Assembly: GCF_028368995.1 (NCBI RefSeq)
Contig: NZ_JAQNDL010000002.1
Span: 801,724-865,723, forward strand
From: Nannocystis bainbridge
GTDB taxonomy: Bacteria > Myxococcota_A > Polyangia > Nannocystales > Nannocystaceae
Direction: 5' to 3'
DNA length: 64,000 nucleotides
This document shows, piece by piece, positions 47,871 through 57,536 of the stretch. The position numbers and the translations under genes are program-made. Position 1 is the first letter of the stretch; the number at the start of each line of letters is the position of its first letter. A model generated the notes under the pieces. That model did not search any database. It was not told the origin of the DNA and worked only from the letters and a program-made list of their open reading frames with translations.

Positions 47871-49238
47871 TCAGGCGCGGGCGCGGCGGCGTCGCAGGCC
47901 GGCGAGGGTGAGGAGCAGGGCGAGAGCAGGGGCGGGTTCGACGGGGGAGCGGCAGCCGCAGCCGCTGGTGGTGTCGGTGCCGGCGGTGGCGCTGTCGCTG
48001 CTGTCGTCGCTGCTGGTGCTGCTGCCGGTTGAGGTGGTGGGGTCGGTGGTGCCGGGGCCGACAGTGGTGGGGTCGGTCGGACCGGTGGGGTCGGGGTTCG
48101 TGGGGTCGGTGCCGGTGTCGTCGCCGCCGGTGCTGGTGCCGGCCTCGCAGAACACGCCGGGGCGGATCGGGTCGGCGCTGGCGGTGCGGTTGAGGATGTT
48201 GGCGCGGCCGCGGGTCTGGCCGACCCACATGTCGATCGAGCGATCGACGATCTCGTCGATGAGGAGGTACTCCTCCTCGCACAGGACCTCGCCGGGGCGC
48301 TTGACGAGGACGAAGGAGATGCCGAACTCGTTGGGGGCGTCGGGGTAGGCGGGGACGCGTTCGCCTTCGGTCTGGATGACTTCGTCGATGGTGATGTCGC
48401 GCCGGGTGCCGCGGACGGTGAAGCTGTCGGCCTTAAAAAGGAAGGCGTTGGGCTCGGGACAGGCCTGGTCGGGGAGGTTGGAGTCGAAGCAGTCGTGCGG
48501 GTCGTCGATCACGAACCACGGCTTGACCTCGGAGGGATCCAGGAGACCCATGAGGTAGAGATCGAGGTCGCTGAACTCGAACTGATCGAGCTTGGCGGCG
48601 GTGAAGCTGCCGTCGCCGTTGTCGGTCCAGCGGTGGCCCTCGACCGGCGAGCCGCCCGTGTGCATGTAGAAGTTCCAGTGGGCCTGCGAGCGCCCGAGCA
48701 GCAGCTTGGCGTCGGCGCCGGCGACGTGCGGGAAGGCGAGCCAGGCGTGGCCGAGCTCCTGGCCGAACACGAGCGAGATCCACCAGTCGTCGATCTCCTG
48801 GGTGCCGAGCTTGATGAACTTCCGCCAGTTGTTCATGTGCAGCATGCCGATGAACTGGCTGTTCGGCGTGTCGTCGAAGAACTCGGCGGGGATCACCGGA
48901 TCGAAGTCGGCGGCGTGGCTGTAGCCGATGCCGGCGACGTCGTTGGCGAGCGACTGATAAAAGGCGCCGACGCCCTGGACGAGATCGAAGGTGGAGTAGA
49001 CGACGATGAACTGGGCGTCGTCAGGGTGCGCGGCGAGGAAGCCGTCCTCGAGCGGGTAGTAGCCGGCGTAGAAGCCGTCGCGCGAGAACCAGTTGGCGTG
49101 CTCGACGGTGCCGTCGTCGTCGAACACCATGAAGTTCCGTCGCTGCTCGACGAACTGGACCGGCCCGGCGTGGGCGCTGCCGGCGAGGACGAGGTCGAGG
49201 ACGAGGACGAGCGGCGCGACGGGAGCGAGGCGGGGCAC
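47871..49238 (-). CDS. Secreted protein with a C-terminal MYXO-CTERM-type sorting tail
   Basis: Signal peptide MPRLAPVAPLVLVLDLVLAGSAHA. A globular ~330 aa domain (QELGHAW, HWNFYMH) is followed by a Thr/Pro/Gly/Asp-rich linker. The C-terminus SGCGCRSPVEPAPALALLLTLAGLRRRRARA has Cys-x-Cys, a hydrophobic helix and an Arg cluster. Confidence 0.7.
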   Translation of the reverse strand: MPRLAPVAPLVLVLDLVLAGSAHAGPVQFVEQRRNFMVFDDDGTVEHANWFSRDGFYAGYYPLEDGFLAAHPDDAQFIVVYSTFDLVQGVGAFYQSLANDVAGIGYSHAADFDPVIPAEFFDDTPNSQFIGMLHMNNWRKFIKLGTQEIDDWWISLVFGQELGHAWLAFPHVAGADAKLLLGRSQAHWNFYMHTGGSPVEGHRWTDNGDGSFTAAKLDQFEFSDLDLYLMGLLDPSEVKPWFVIDDPHDCFDSNLPDQACPEPNAFLFKADSFTVRGTRRDITIDEVIQTEGERVPAYPDAPNEFGISFVLVKRPGEVLCEEEYLLIDEIVDRSIDMWVGQTRGRANILNRTASADPIRPGVFCEAGTSTGGDDTGTDPTNPDPTGPTDPTTVGPGTTDPTTSTGSSTSSDDSSDSATAGTDTTSGCGCRSPVEPAPALALLLTLAGLRRRRARA

Positions 49239-49320
49239 GAGGGCAGGATAGAAGCAGTTGCGCGGACTCCCAAGCCCATAACGTGCCCGGGCGGCGCGAG
49301 ACGCCGGCCGCGCCGCGACG

Positions 49321-51238
49321 TCAGGCCCCGGCGTCCGCGCTCCGCTGCTCGAGGTCCTCCCAGCGCGTGACGAGGGCGGCGGCGCGCTGGCGGGCCGCGT
49401 CGAGCTGGCGCACCAGCTCCGCGACCTGATCCTTGCCGGTGCCGTAGACGGCCGGATCGCCGAGCTTGGCCTCGAGCTCGCCGACCTCGCCCTCGGCCGC
49501 TTCGATCTTGCCGAGGAGCCCCTGGAGCTCGCGCTTCTCGCTCGAGCTGAGGCCGCGCTTCGCTACGGGCGCGGCGACCTTGGCGGGCGCGGGCCGTGCG
49601 GTGGGCTGTGGTTCAGGGGCCGCTTCGATCTCGGCCAGGCGCTCGAGGTAGTCGCTGTAGTTGCCGTGGTGGCGCACGACCTTGCCGTCGCCCTCGAAGG
49701 CGAGGATCGAGGTGGCGACGCGGTCGAGGAACCAACGATCGTGGGTGACGATGATCGCGGCGCCGGTGAACTCGAGCAGCATCTCCTCGACAGCGCCGAG
49801 GGTGGCGACGTCGAGGTCGTTGGTCGGCTCGTCGAGGAGGACGAGGTTGGAGGCGCCCGACAGCAGGACGGCGAGGGCGACGCGGGCCCGCTCGCCGCCC
49901 GACAGGGAGCCGACCTTCTGGGCGTAGGTGCTGGTGTCGAACAGGAAGCGCTCGAGGTAGCGGGCGATGTCGAGCGGGTGGCCGCCGCCGAGGTCGAGGC
50001 CGCGGCGACGCTCGGCGATGTTGTCGTAGACGGTGCGGTCGTCGTCGAGGCCGGAGCGGTTCTGGTCGAGGTAGGCGACCGCGGTGTGCTTGCCGCGGAC
50101 GACCTCGCCGGCGCTCGGGAGCAGGTCGCCGACGATCGAGCGCAGCAGGGTGGTCTTGCCGCTGCCGTTGGGGCCGACGACGCCGATGCGCTCGCCCTGA
50201 TTGAGGGCGAGGGTGAAGTCGCGGACGAGCACGCGGCTGAGCTCGAGGGTGACGCCGCGCAGCTCGAGGATCGTCTTGCCGCTGCGAGCTGCCTCGAGGG
50301 ACAGCTCGACCCGACGGTCGCGCGGCGGGCCGGACTTGGCCAGCTCGGCCTCGGCGCGGTTGACCCGCGCGGTCTGCTTGGTGGTCCGCGCCTTGGGCTG
50401 ACGCCGCAACCACTCGAGCTCGCGGCGGAGGAAGTTTTGCCGGTTGGCCTCGGTGCGCTGGGCGTGGGCCATGCGCTCGGCCTTGGCCTCGAGGTAGGCG
50501 CCGAAGCCCCCGTCGTAGGCGTAGACGCTGCCGCGATCGACCTCGAAGGTCCGCGTGCACACGCGGTCGAGGATGTAGCGATCGTGGGTGATGAGGAGGA
50601 CAGTGCCGACATAGTTCTCGGCGAGGTGACGCTCGAGCCACTCGATGGCGGAGACGTCGAGATGGTTGGTCGGCTCGTCGAGGACCGCGAGGTCGGGCTG
50701 GCGCGCGAGCAAGGTCGCGAGGGCGACCCGTCGGCGCTCGCCGCCGCTGAGGCGATCGGTCAGGGCCGTGGGATCGCGGACCCCGAGGCGTGCGAGGTAC
50801 GACTCGGCCTCGGCCGCCCGCGACCAACCTCCGCAGCGCTCGATCTCCGCGGCGGCGGCCGCCTGCTCGGTCACCAGGACGTCGACCGCGGCCGCGTCGC
50901 TGGCCTGCTCGAGGCGCGCGGTGGCGGCGTCGTAGCGGGCGCGGGCGGCAGACCACTGGCCGAGGCCGCTGAGGACGGCTTCGAGGGCGGTGAGGCCGGG
51001 TGGGAGGCGCGGCTCCTGCTCGAGGTACGCGATCGCGGCGTCGCGCCGGAGGACGACCTCACCGGCGTCCGGGGCGTCCAGGCCGGCCAGGATCCGGGCC
51101 AGCGTGGTTTTGCCCGAACCGTTGTTGCCGACCAGCCCGACGCGCTCGCCGGTCATCAGCGTGAGGTTGACGCCGGCGAGGACGCGGCGCACGCCGTAGC
51201 TCTTTTCGACCTGGCGCAGGCTTGCGATGGGCACGGGC
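49321..51238 (-). CDS. ABC-F family ATPase (two tandem ABC cassettes, no TM domain; EttA/Uup-like translation factor type)
   Basis: Walker [11 protein letters not shown] and [10 protein letters not shown]. Signatures LSGGERRR and LSGGERAR. Walker [13 protein letters not shown] and [13 protein letters not shown] coiled-coil C-terminus is present. Start is at GTG 51238 (GGAGGT 13 nt upstream) or ATG 51297. Confidence 0.88.
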
Positions 51239-51662
51239 GGGGACTTTACCTCCGCCCGGGCCGCCGGCGCGGCAATTGTGGGGGAGAACACGCCCATCGC
51301 GTCGCGTGCCGGCCGCGAGGCGATCCGCGGGATCATGAAGGAGGGCGCGGCATGGCCGCCCGGGCCGCGAAATTCCGGGGTGCGGCGAATTCCAGGCCAG
51401 GGCCGCGTGAGGTGAAATCGCCGCGGGCAGGGCTCGCGGAGGTTGACAGGTCCCGGGCGGTCGGCGGATCCTGCTTGTGGTCATGACCTCAATCGGCACT
51501 CACGGAGCCCGTCGGGTCGCAGCCGGCCTCGCTCCGGTCGCGACGCGCGTGTGCGTCCGGCGTGTCGCTTGTGGAGTGTCGCAACGACGCGGTCCCGCTC
51601 AGGGCGCCGCGAGCCACGGCCGACGTGGCGTGCAGTGAAGAGAGAATAGGAGAGAGACAGAA

Positions 51663-52220
51663 GTGAAAATTTTCGTCGGTGGACTGGCGTGGGCGACGGG
51701 CGACGAGAGCCTGCGCGCGGCCTTTGAACCCTTCGGTAAGGTCGACGAGGCGATCGTCGTCAAGGACAAGGAGACCATGCGCAGCCGTGGTTTCGGGTTC
51801 GTGACGTTCGCCGATGAGGCGGCCGGTCGTGCCGCGCTCGAGGCGATGAACGGCGCGGTGCTCGACGGGCGGACCATCCGCTGCGACGCCGCGGTCGAGC
51901 GCGCCCGCAGCGATCGGCCCTCGCGTCCCTTCGTCGAGCGCGCCCCGTCGGGCGGCTTCCAGGGCGGGGGCGGTGCTCCCCGCGGTGGTGGCGGCGGCGG
52001 CGGTCGTGACTTCGGCGGCGGCGGCGGCGGTGGTCGCGGCGGCGGCGGTGGCTTCGGCGGCGGCGGCGGTGGCTTCGGCGGCGGCGGTGGTCGCGGCGGC
52101 GGCGGCGGCGGCGGCGGTGGTCGCGGCGGCGGCGGCGGCGGCGGCGGTGGTCGCGGCGGCGGCGGCGGCGGCGGCGGTCGTGGTGGTCGTCGGCGCGACG
52201 ACGACTACGGCGACGACTGA
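51663..52220 (+). CDS. Glycine-rich RNA-binding protein: RRM domain plus an RGG/GGR-repeat tail
   Basis: The GTG start follows GGAGAGAGA. RNP2 is KIFVGGL and RNP1 is RGFGFVTF. About 90 aa of (G)nR repeats end in RRDDDYGDD. Confidence 0.85.
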   Translation: MKIFVGGLAWATGDESLRAAFEPFGKVDEAIVVKDKETMRSRGFGFVTFADEAAGRAALEAMNGAVLDGRTIRCDAAVERARSDRPSRPFVERAPSGGFQGGGGAPRGGGGGGGRDFGGGGGGGRGGGGGFGGGGGGFGGGGGRGGGGGGGGGRGGGGGGGGGRGGGGGGGGRGGRRRDDDYGDD

Positions 52221-52345
52221 GTCCTTCGTCGAAAATTGAGCCAGTGCGCCGCCCCGGGGTCTCCCCGCGGCGGCGCGCTCGCTTTGGTCCAGCTATCGGT
52301 TGTCCGGCGGGACCATCGCGCGAGCGAAGCGGTCGCGCGTGGTCA

Positions 52346-52373
52346 CGGACCTGTCCGTTCGGGCATGTCCGAG
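52346..52373. repeat. Two GGACMTGTCC-family units immediately downstream of the lipoprotein gene's 3' end, between convergent genes
   Basis: cggacctgtccg and gggcatgtccgag lie 4 nt from the stop of 52377-53081 (-). Confidence 0.75.
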
Positions 52374-52376
52374 CGG

Positions 52377-53081
52377 CTAGGCGGGGATCTCGATGACGGC
52401 GGGGATGACGAGCTCGTGGCGGATCACGGCGCCGTCCGGCTTGAAGTAGAGCTCGTGCAGGCGCCCGCCGGCCTCGAACTCGATCTCGTACTCCTCGCCA
52501 GCGCCGGTCAGGGTCTTCTTCTCGACCTCCTTGATGACGGCGCCCGGATGAGCCCTGTCGAAGGCGACGCGCACGGGCTCGGGCAAGGCCTTGGGATCGA
52601 TGTGGCACTGGGTGTAGACGATGCCGCCGTCGGCCTTGGCGCTCAGCTCGCACTGCTGCTCGTCGGCGGTCTGGACCTCGATCTCGTGCAGGCGGCCGTG
52701 CGGGACCACGTGCTCGAGCTCGTAGCGCAGCAGCCGGGCGCCGGGGTAGGTCGCGTCGAGCTGCTTGCGCACCGGCTCGGGCACGGCCGCGACGTCCTGG
52801 TGATAGACGGACAGGTAGCGCACCGAACCATCCGCCTCGACCTCGAGCTTGATCTTGTCGACGCCGTGCGCGGAGCCGGCCGCGCGTATGAGCTCGGCGT
52901 CGAGCCGGCCGGGGCCGACCGGCGGAGCGGGCGGGGGCGGGGCAGGTTTGGCCTCGACGGGCGGCAGCGCGGCGATCGGAGCAGGAGCAGGCGCGGGCTC
53001 GGCTTCGCCCGCGGCCCCGGGTCCGCACGCGGCGAAGATCGATCCGGCCACGCCGAGCGCGCGGAGGCGGTGGTGCTGCAT
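52377..53081 (-). CDS. Lipoprotein with repeated PepSY-like beta-alpha modules, hypothetical
   Basis: Lipobox SIFAAC. A Pro/Ala-rich linker follows. Three related segments (KIKLEVEADGSVRYLSVYHQD, YELEHVVPHGRLHEIEVQTADEQQCELSAKADGGIVYTQ, EEYEIEFEAGGRLHELYFKPDGAVIRHE) resemble PepSY-like repeats. Confidence 0.55.
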   Translation of the reverse strand: MQHHRLRALGVAGSIFAACGPGAAGEAEPAPAPAPIAALPPVEAKPAPPPPAPPVGPGRLDAELIRAAGSAHGVDKIKLEVEADGSVRYLSVYHQDVAAVPEPVRKQLDATYPGARLLRYELEHVVPHGRLHEIEVQTADEQQCELSAKADGGIVYTQCHIDPKALPEPVRVAFDRAHPGAVIKEVEKKTLTGAGEEYEIEFEAGGRLHELYFKPDGAVIRHELVIPAVIEIPA

Positions 53082-53104
53082 GGTGCGAATTACTCCTGGG
53101 CCGA

Positions 53105-53605
53105 GTGTACACTCATGCAGTGCGGGCGCCGTCGATCCGGCTGGCGCGGCCTGCAGATCTCGCCGCGATCGCCACGGTCCATACTGCGTCGGTGCGCCAT
53201 CTGTGCGCCGGGCACTATTCGCCGCAGGCGATCGACCAGTGGCTCGCGCCGAACTCGGGGCTGTACGAGCGGATGCTGCGCTCGTCGACGGTGTTCGTGG
53301 CCGAGCGAGCAGGCGAGGTGGTGGCGTTCGCGGCGGTTCGCCTGGCGACGCGCGAGGTCCGGGCGCTGTACGTCCGCCCGGACGCGAAGGGCGGCGGCCT
53401 CGGGCTGCGGTTGATGCAGCGCCTCGAGCGAGTGGCGCGAGCGTTCGGGATGGTGGAGCTGCGGCTGTGGGCGACGCTCAACGCGGTCGGGTTCTACGAG
53501 CGACTGGGCTGGCGCCGCGACGCCCGCCAGAGCGGCAAGCGGCCGCCGCAGCGCTGCGTGGCGATGCGCAAGCGGGTCGGAGGCGCCCTGCGGGAGGACC
53601 GTTAA
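53105..53605 (+). CDS. GNAT-family N-acetyltransferase
   Basis: Acetyl-CoA-binding motif A as ALYVRPDAKGGGLGLRLMQRLERVA. A typical GNAT length of about 160 aa. The true start may be the GTG a few codons in. Confidence 0.75.
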   Translation: MYTHAVRAPSIRLARPADLAAIATVHTASVRHLCAGHYSPQAIDQWLAPNSGLYERMLRSSTVFVAERAGEVVAFAAVRLATREVRALYVRPDAKGGGLGLRLMQRLERVARAFGMVELRLWATLNAVGFYERLGWRRDARQSGKRPPQRCVAMRKRVGGALREDR

Positions 53606-53780
53606 TGTCCCGAAGGACAGGTTTTATCGGCAGCGGTTGGGATGTCGGAAGGGACAGGTCGGGGACACGAACGGGGGCGGGAGGTCGCGGCCTGCGGTGA
53701 GACGATGGGGATGTCCGATCGGACAGGTCGATGGGGTGAGGGCGAACTGGCCCGGGCCGATCTGTCCGAAAGAACAGATC
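53604..53780. repeat. Array of four TGTCC-N5-GGACA-type units with GGACAGGTC extensions between two same-strand genes
   Basis: aatgtcccgaaggacaggtt, ggatgtcggaagggacaggtcggggacac, ggatgtccgatcggacaggtcg and tctgtccgaaagaacagatc. The first unit overlaps the GNAT stop codon. Confidence 0.8.
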
Positions 53781-53947
53781 GGCGCGGTTGGTGAACGAGG
53801 TCGCTCGCGGCGGCGCGAGCTCGCGGCTCGGGGGTGTCGGAGGCCGGCGGGCGAAATCGCGCCCGTGGCAAAATCACCTCCGCGGCGGCGCTTCGCTCGG
53901 TCGCACGGGTCGTCAGGGCCGCGGCGGCGGGGTACATTCGCGCGCCC

Positions 53948-54502
<555 letters not shown>

Positions 54503-54555
54503 CGTGACCTTCGGGGCAGCTGGAGCGCGAGCCGAGCTGCGCCCCGGATGGCCCT

Positions 54556-54593
54556 CGGGACAGGTGTTGGTTCTGGGCTGTCATGGGACAGCC
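54556..54593. repeat. Two repeat-family units (GGACAGGTG; GCTGTC-ATG-GGACAGCC) between convergent genes
   Basis: cgggacaggtg and ggctgtcatgggacagcc lie between the stop of 53948-54502 (+) and the stop of 54611-55417 (-). Confidence 0.65.
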
Positions 54594-54610
54594 CACGCGC
54601 CGCGGCCGGG

Positions 54611-55417
54611 TCAGTTGTGGGCGACGAGGCCGTACTCGACGCACTCGTCCTGGCTCGGCTTGTCGATGCGCACGTAGACCCGGAGGTCGTCGGAGCTGCC
54701 GGAGCAGTTGAAGTCCGACACGGTGAAGGTCGCGCCGCCGCAGCACCCGGGGCGCAGGGCGCCGGACAGGGCGGTCTGGGTGCCCTCGGGGCAGGAGATT
54801 TCGGTGCCGACGGCGCCGCCGGTGTCGCACTCGATGAACTGACACACGCGCACGGTCGCGGACGAGGTGACCTTGATGGTCGGCTCGGCGACGTGGCCGA
54901 AGGTGTCGAGGGCGTGGTAGGTGAACCAGTCGACGTCGGCGGCGCCGCTGAGCACGCCGTCGGCCATGACGGTGTTGTCGTCGTCGTCGTCGATCTCGCC
55001 GAGGTCCTGGGCGTTGGCCTCGCTGTCGTCGGGCTCGCCGATCTCGCCGTCGCAGACGAGGCCCTCGACGCAGAGGTCGTCGACGCACTCGAGGCCGTCG
55101 TCGCAGGAGCCGCCGTCGCACACGCAGTTGGCCTGACCGGGGTCGCAGATCGGGCCGGTGGTGCCGGTCGGCTCGTCGGTGGTGCTGGTGGTGGTCGTCG
55201 TCGAGGTGGTGGTCGTCTCGCCGTCGGTGGTGGTGCCGTCGCTCGTGGTCGGTGTCGGGCCGGTCGAGGTGCCGGTGGTGGTCGAGGCGTCGGTGGTCGA
55301 AGTCTCGGTGCCGACGGTGGCCGTGGTGACGCCGCTGTCGCTGGTGTCAGCCGGGTCGTCGCCGGAGCTGCAGGCGAGGAGCGTGAGCGAGGCGAGGAGC
55401 AGCGACGGGCGAGTCAT
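54611..55417 (-). CDS. Lipoprotein with a Thr-rich linker and a Cys-rich C-terminal domain (possible PPC-like module)
   Basis: Lipobox LTLLACSSG. An approximately 70 aa Thr/Ser/Gly/Asp-rich linker. A Cys-rich segment (CDPGQANCVCDGGSCDDGLECVDDLCVEGLVCDG) and an acidic DVDWFTY-containing domain follow. The start is 1 nt after the apaG stop. Confidence 0.6.
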   Translation of the reverse strand: MTRPSLLLASLTLLACSSGDDPADTSDSGVTTATVGTETSTTDASTTTGTSTGPTPTTSDGTTTDGETTTTSTTTTTSTTDEPTGTTGPICDPGQANCVCDGGSCDDGLECVDDLCVEGLVCDGEIGEPDDSEANAQDLGEIDDDDDNTVMADGVLSGAADVDWFTYHALDTFGHVAEPTIKVTSSATVRVCQFIECDTGGAVGTEISCPEGTQTALSGALRPGCCGGATFTVSDFNCSGSSDDLRVYVRIDKPSQDECVEYGLVAHN

Positions 55418-55418
55418 G

Positions 55419-55823
55419 TCAGTTCACGGCGTAGGGGATGTTGAGGGCGAACGGCGCGATCTCGGCGTCGAACTGCTGACCGTCGTCGGTGACCATCTGG
55501 TAGGTGCCGCGCATGGTGCCGTAGGCGGTCTTGAGGGGGCAGCCCGAGGTGTACTCGAACGACTCGCCGGGCGCGAGCACCGGCTGGGCGCCGACGACCC
55601 CGGCGCCGCGGACCTCCTCGGTGCGGCCGTTGGCGTCGGTGATGACCCAGTGACGACTGACGAGCTGCACCGTGTCGATGCCCTCGTTGGAGATCTTCAC
55701 GGTATAGGCGAAGAACCACTGCCGCTCGCTCTGGTTGGCGTGGGAGTGTTCGGGGAGGTACTGCGACGCGATGCGCACGCGCACGCCGTTGGTGATCGCC
55801 TCGGAGGTCGACACGGGGGCCAT
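55419..55823 (-). CDS. apaG: ApaG (DUF525) protein
   Basis: 134 aa. The sequence ...QWFFAYTVKISNEGIDTVQLVSRHWVITDANGRTEEVRGAGVVGAQPVLAPGESFEYTSGCPLKTAYGTMRGTYQM is colinear with ApaG family proteins, and the GxSFxYxSGCxL segment is conserved. Confidence 0.85.
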   Translation of the reverse strand: MAPVSTSEAITNGVRVRIASQYLPEHSHANQSERQWFFAYTVKISNEGIDTVQLVSRHWVITDANGRTEEVRGAGVVGAQPVLAPGESFEYTSGCPLKTAYGTMRGTYQMVTDDGQQFDAEIAPFALNIPYAVN

Positions 55824-55926
55824 CTATACGCCGCGCGCACGTCCGCCGACAAGCGGCCCGAGACCCGGCCGTGGCGGCGCGAAGGTGCCTGTCAGGCGCG
55901 ATAGCGAGGTCGCGCCGCAAGAATTC

Positions 55927-56439
55927 TCATTCGCCCGGCGAGCCGGCGCAGGCCTCGGCCTCGGCCTCGCAGCCGGCGGGGCTGTCGTCCATGAGGAGGA
56001 AGCCGATGCACGCCAGGCACACCGGGTCCATCAAGTTCTCGGTGGTGCAAGCCTCGGTCTCGAAGCAGGCCTGACCGACGCAGAGGGCCAGCTCGAAGGC
56101 CTTGCCGGCCTCTTCTGGCGAGAGGCCGTCGGCGCACGCCTGGGCGCACTCGAGGTCGAGGCCGAGAGCGCAGGGGAGCACGCAGTCGAGCAGCTCGTCG
56201 CAGGTCGGCGGCGGCTCCGGCGCGAGAGTGGTGCTGCTGGCGCCGGTGGTGGTGTCGCCGCCGGTCGTGGTGGTCGTGGTGGTCGTGAGCTCGCCGGTGG
56301 TCGGCGGCTCGCCGGTGGTGGTGGTCGTCGTGCTCGTGCTCGTGGTCGCGGGCAGGTCGGCGCCGCCGAGCAGGTCGTCGCTGTTGCAGGCGGCGCCGAT
56401 GCAGGCGACCAGGGCGAGGAGCGACGCGCGACGCGACAT
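55927..56439 (-). CDS. Lipoprotein with a poly-Thr linker and a Cys-rich domain, hypothetical
   Basis: MSRRASLLALVACIGAAC has the lipobox LVAC. It is followed by TTSTSTTTTTTGEPPTTGELTTTTTTTTGGDTTTG and then a 12-Cys domain. It is the low-coordinate tail of antisense track ORF 55927..57345. Confidence 0.55.
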   Translation of the reverse strand: MSRRASLLALVACIGAACNSDDLLGGADLPATTSTSTTTTTTGEPPTTGELTTTTTTTTGGDTTTGASSTTLAPEPPPTCDELLDCVLPCALGLDLECAQACADGLSPEEAGKAFELALCVGQACFETEACTTENLMDPVCLACIGFLLMDDSPAGCEAEAEACAGSPGE

Positions 56440-56547
56440 GCAGCCGCGACGATAGCAGGTGCAAGCCCGGGCCGGGGACGAGGCGCCTGAGAAGCCGCAC
56501 GCGCGCCGGCGCGGGGCGAGTTCGGAGGGCGGTAGTACACTGCCGCG

Positions 56548-57468
56548 ATGTCGCTGACCGAAGCGCTGAGAGACAGGATCCAGGGGCTCATCAAGGCCGA
56601 CGCGGTGGTGCTTTTCATGAAGGGCACCCGGCTCCGTCCGGCGTGCGGCTTCTCGGCCGGGGTGGTCGAGGTGCTCGACTCGCTGGTGCCGCAGTGGACC
56701 GGCGTCGACGTGCTCGCCGATGCGGAGCTGCGCGAGGCGATCAAGGAGTTCTCGGCCTGGCCGACGATCCCGCAGCTGTACGTGCGCGGGGAGTTCGTCG
56801 GCGGCGCCGACATCGTCCGCGAGATGCACATGTCGGGCGAGCTCTCGACGCTGCTCGGGGCGTCGGAGGTGCGGCCGCCGCAGGTGCACGTCAGCCCGCG
56901 CGCGGCGGCGGTGTTCCGCGAGGTCACGGCCGAGGCGGGCCCGGGCGAGGCGATTCGCGTGCGCATCAGCCCGCGCTTCGAGCACGACCTGGCGGTCGAG
57001 GGCCGCGAGGCCGGCGACCTCGAGGTCGTCGCCGAGGGCATCACGCTGCTGTTCGATCGCATGAGCGCGGCCCGGGCCGAGGGTCTGCGCCTCGACTTCG
57101 TCGAGCGCGACGGCGAGGCCGGCTTCGCCATCGACAACCCGAACGCGCCGGCGCAGGTCCGCTCGATCGGCGCGTCCGAGCTGCAGGGCAAGCTCGCGCA
57201 GGGGGCGGTGCAGCTGTTCGACGTGCGCACGCCGCAGGAGCAGGCCATCGCGGCGATCGCCGGGGCGCGCCTGGTCGACGAGGCGGTGCGTGCGGAGATC
57301 CTGGCGCTCGATCGCGGGACGCCGCTGGCGTTCCACTGCCACCACGGCGTGCGCTCGCAGGCGGCCGCCGAGTTCTTCGTGAGCCAGGGCTTCCGCGAGG
57401 TCTACAACCTCCGCGGCGGGATCGACGCCTGGTCGCGCGAGGTCGACTCCGCGGTGCCGCGCTACTGA
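56548..57468 (+). CDS. Tri-domain protein: monothiol (CGFS) glutaredoxin, a degenerate HesB/IscA-like domain and a rhodanese domain
   Basis: Grx segment VVLFMKGTRLRPACGFSAGVVEVL...WPTIPQLYVRGEFVGGADIV. The middle region ends GEAGFAIDNPNA (an IscA-like F-x-NPNA motif) but lacks the CGCG cysteines. The C-terminal rhodanese has the active-site loop FHCHHGVRSQ and GGIDAWS. Confidence 0.75.
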   Translation: MSLTEALRDRIQGLIKADAVVLFMKGTRLRPACGFSAGVVEVLDSLVPQWTGVDVLADAELREAIKEFSAWPTIPQLYVRGEFVGGADIVREMHMSGELSTLLGASEVRPPQVHVSPRAAAVFREVTAEAGPGEAIRVRISPRFEHDLAVEGREAGDLEVVAEGITLLFDRMSAARAEGLRLDFVERDGEAGFAIDNPNAPAQVRSIGASELQGKLAQGAVQLFDVRTPQEQAIAAIAGARLVDEAVRAEILALDRGTPLAFHCHHGVRSQAAAEFFVSQGFREVYNLRGGIDAWSREVDSAVPRY

Positions 57469-57536
57469 GCCGCAGCCCGCCAGCGTTGCGCTTGACCGCC
57501 CCGGATCGGTAAACTAGCGTCCTTCACGCCTACGCC

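Noticed and set aside
51960-52200. GGC-rich simple-sequence repeat
   Set aside because: It is coding. It forms the RGG/GGR glycine-rich tail of the RRM protein in the correct frame and so is not a non-coding microsatellite, although it may still be length-polymorphic.
55927-57345. 472-aa minus-strand ORF overlapping the Grx-rhodanese gene
   Set aside because: Only its low-coordinate 170 codons (lipoprotein 55927..56439) look coding. The remainder is antisense to the Grx-IscA-rhodanese fusion.
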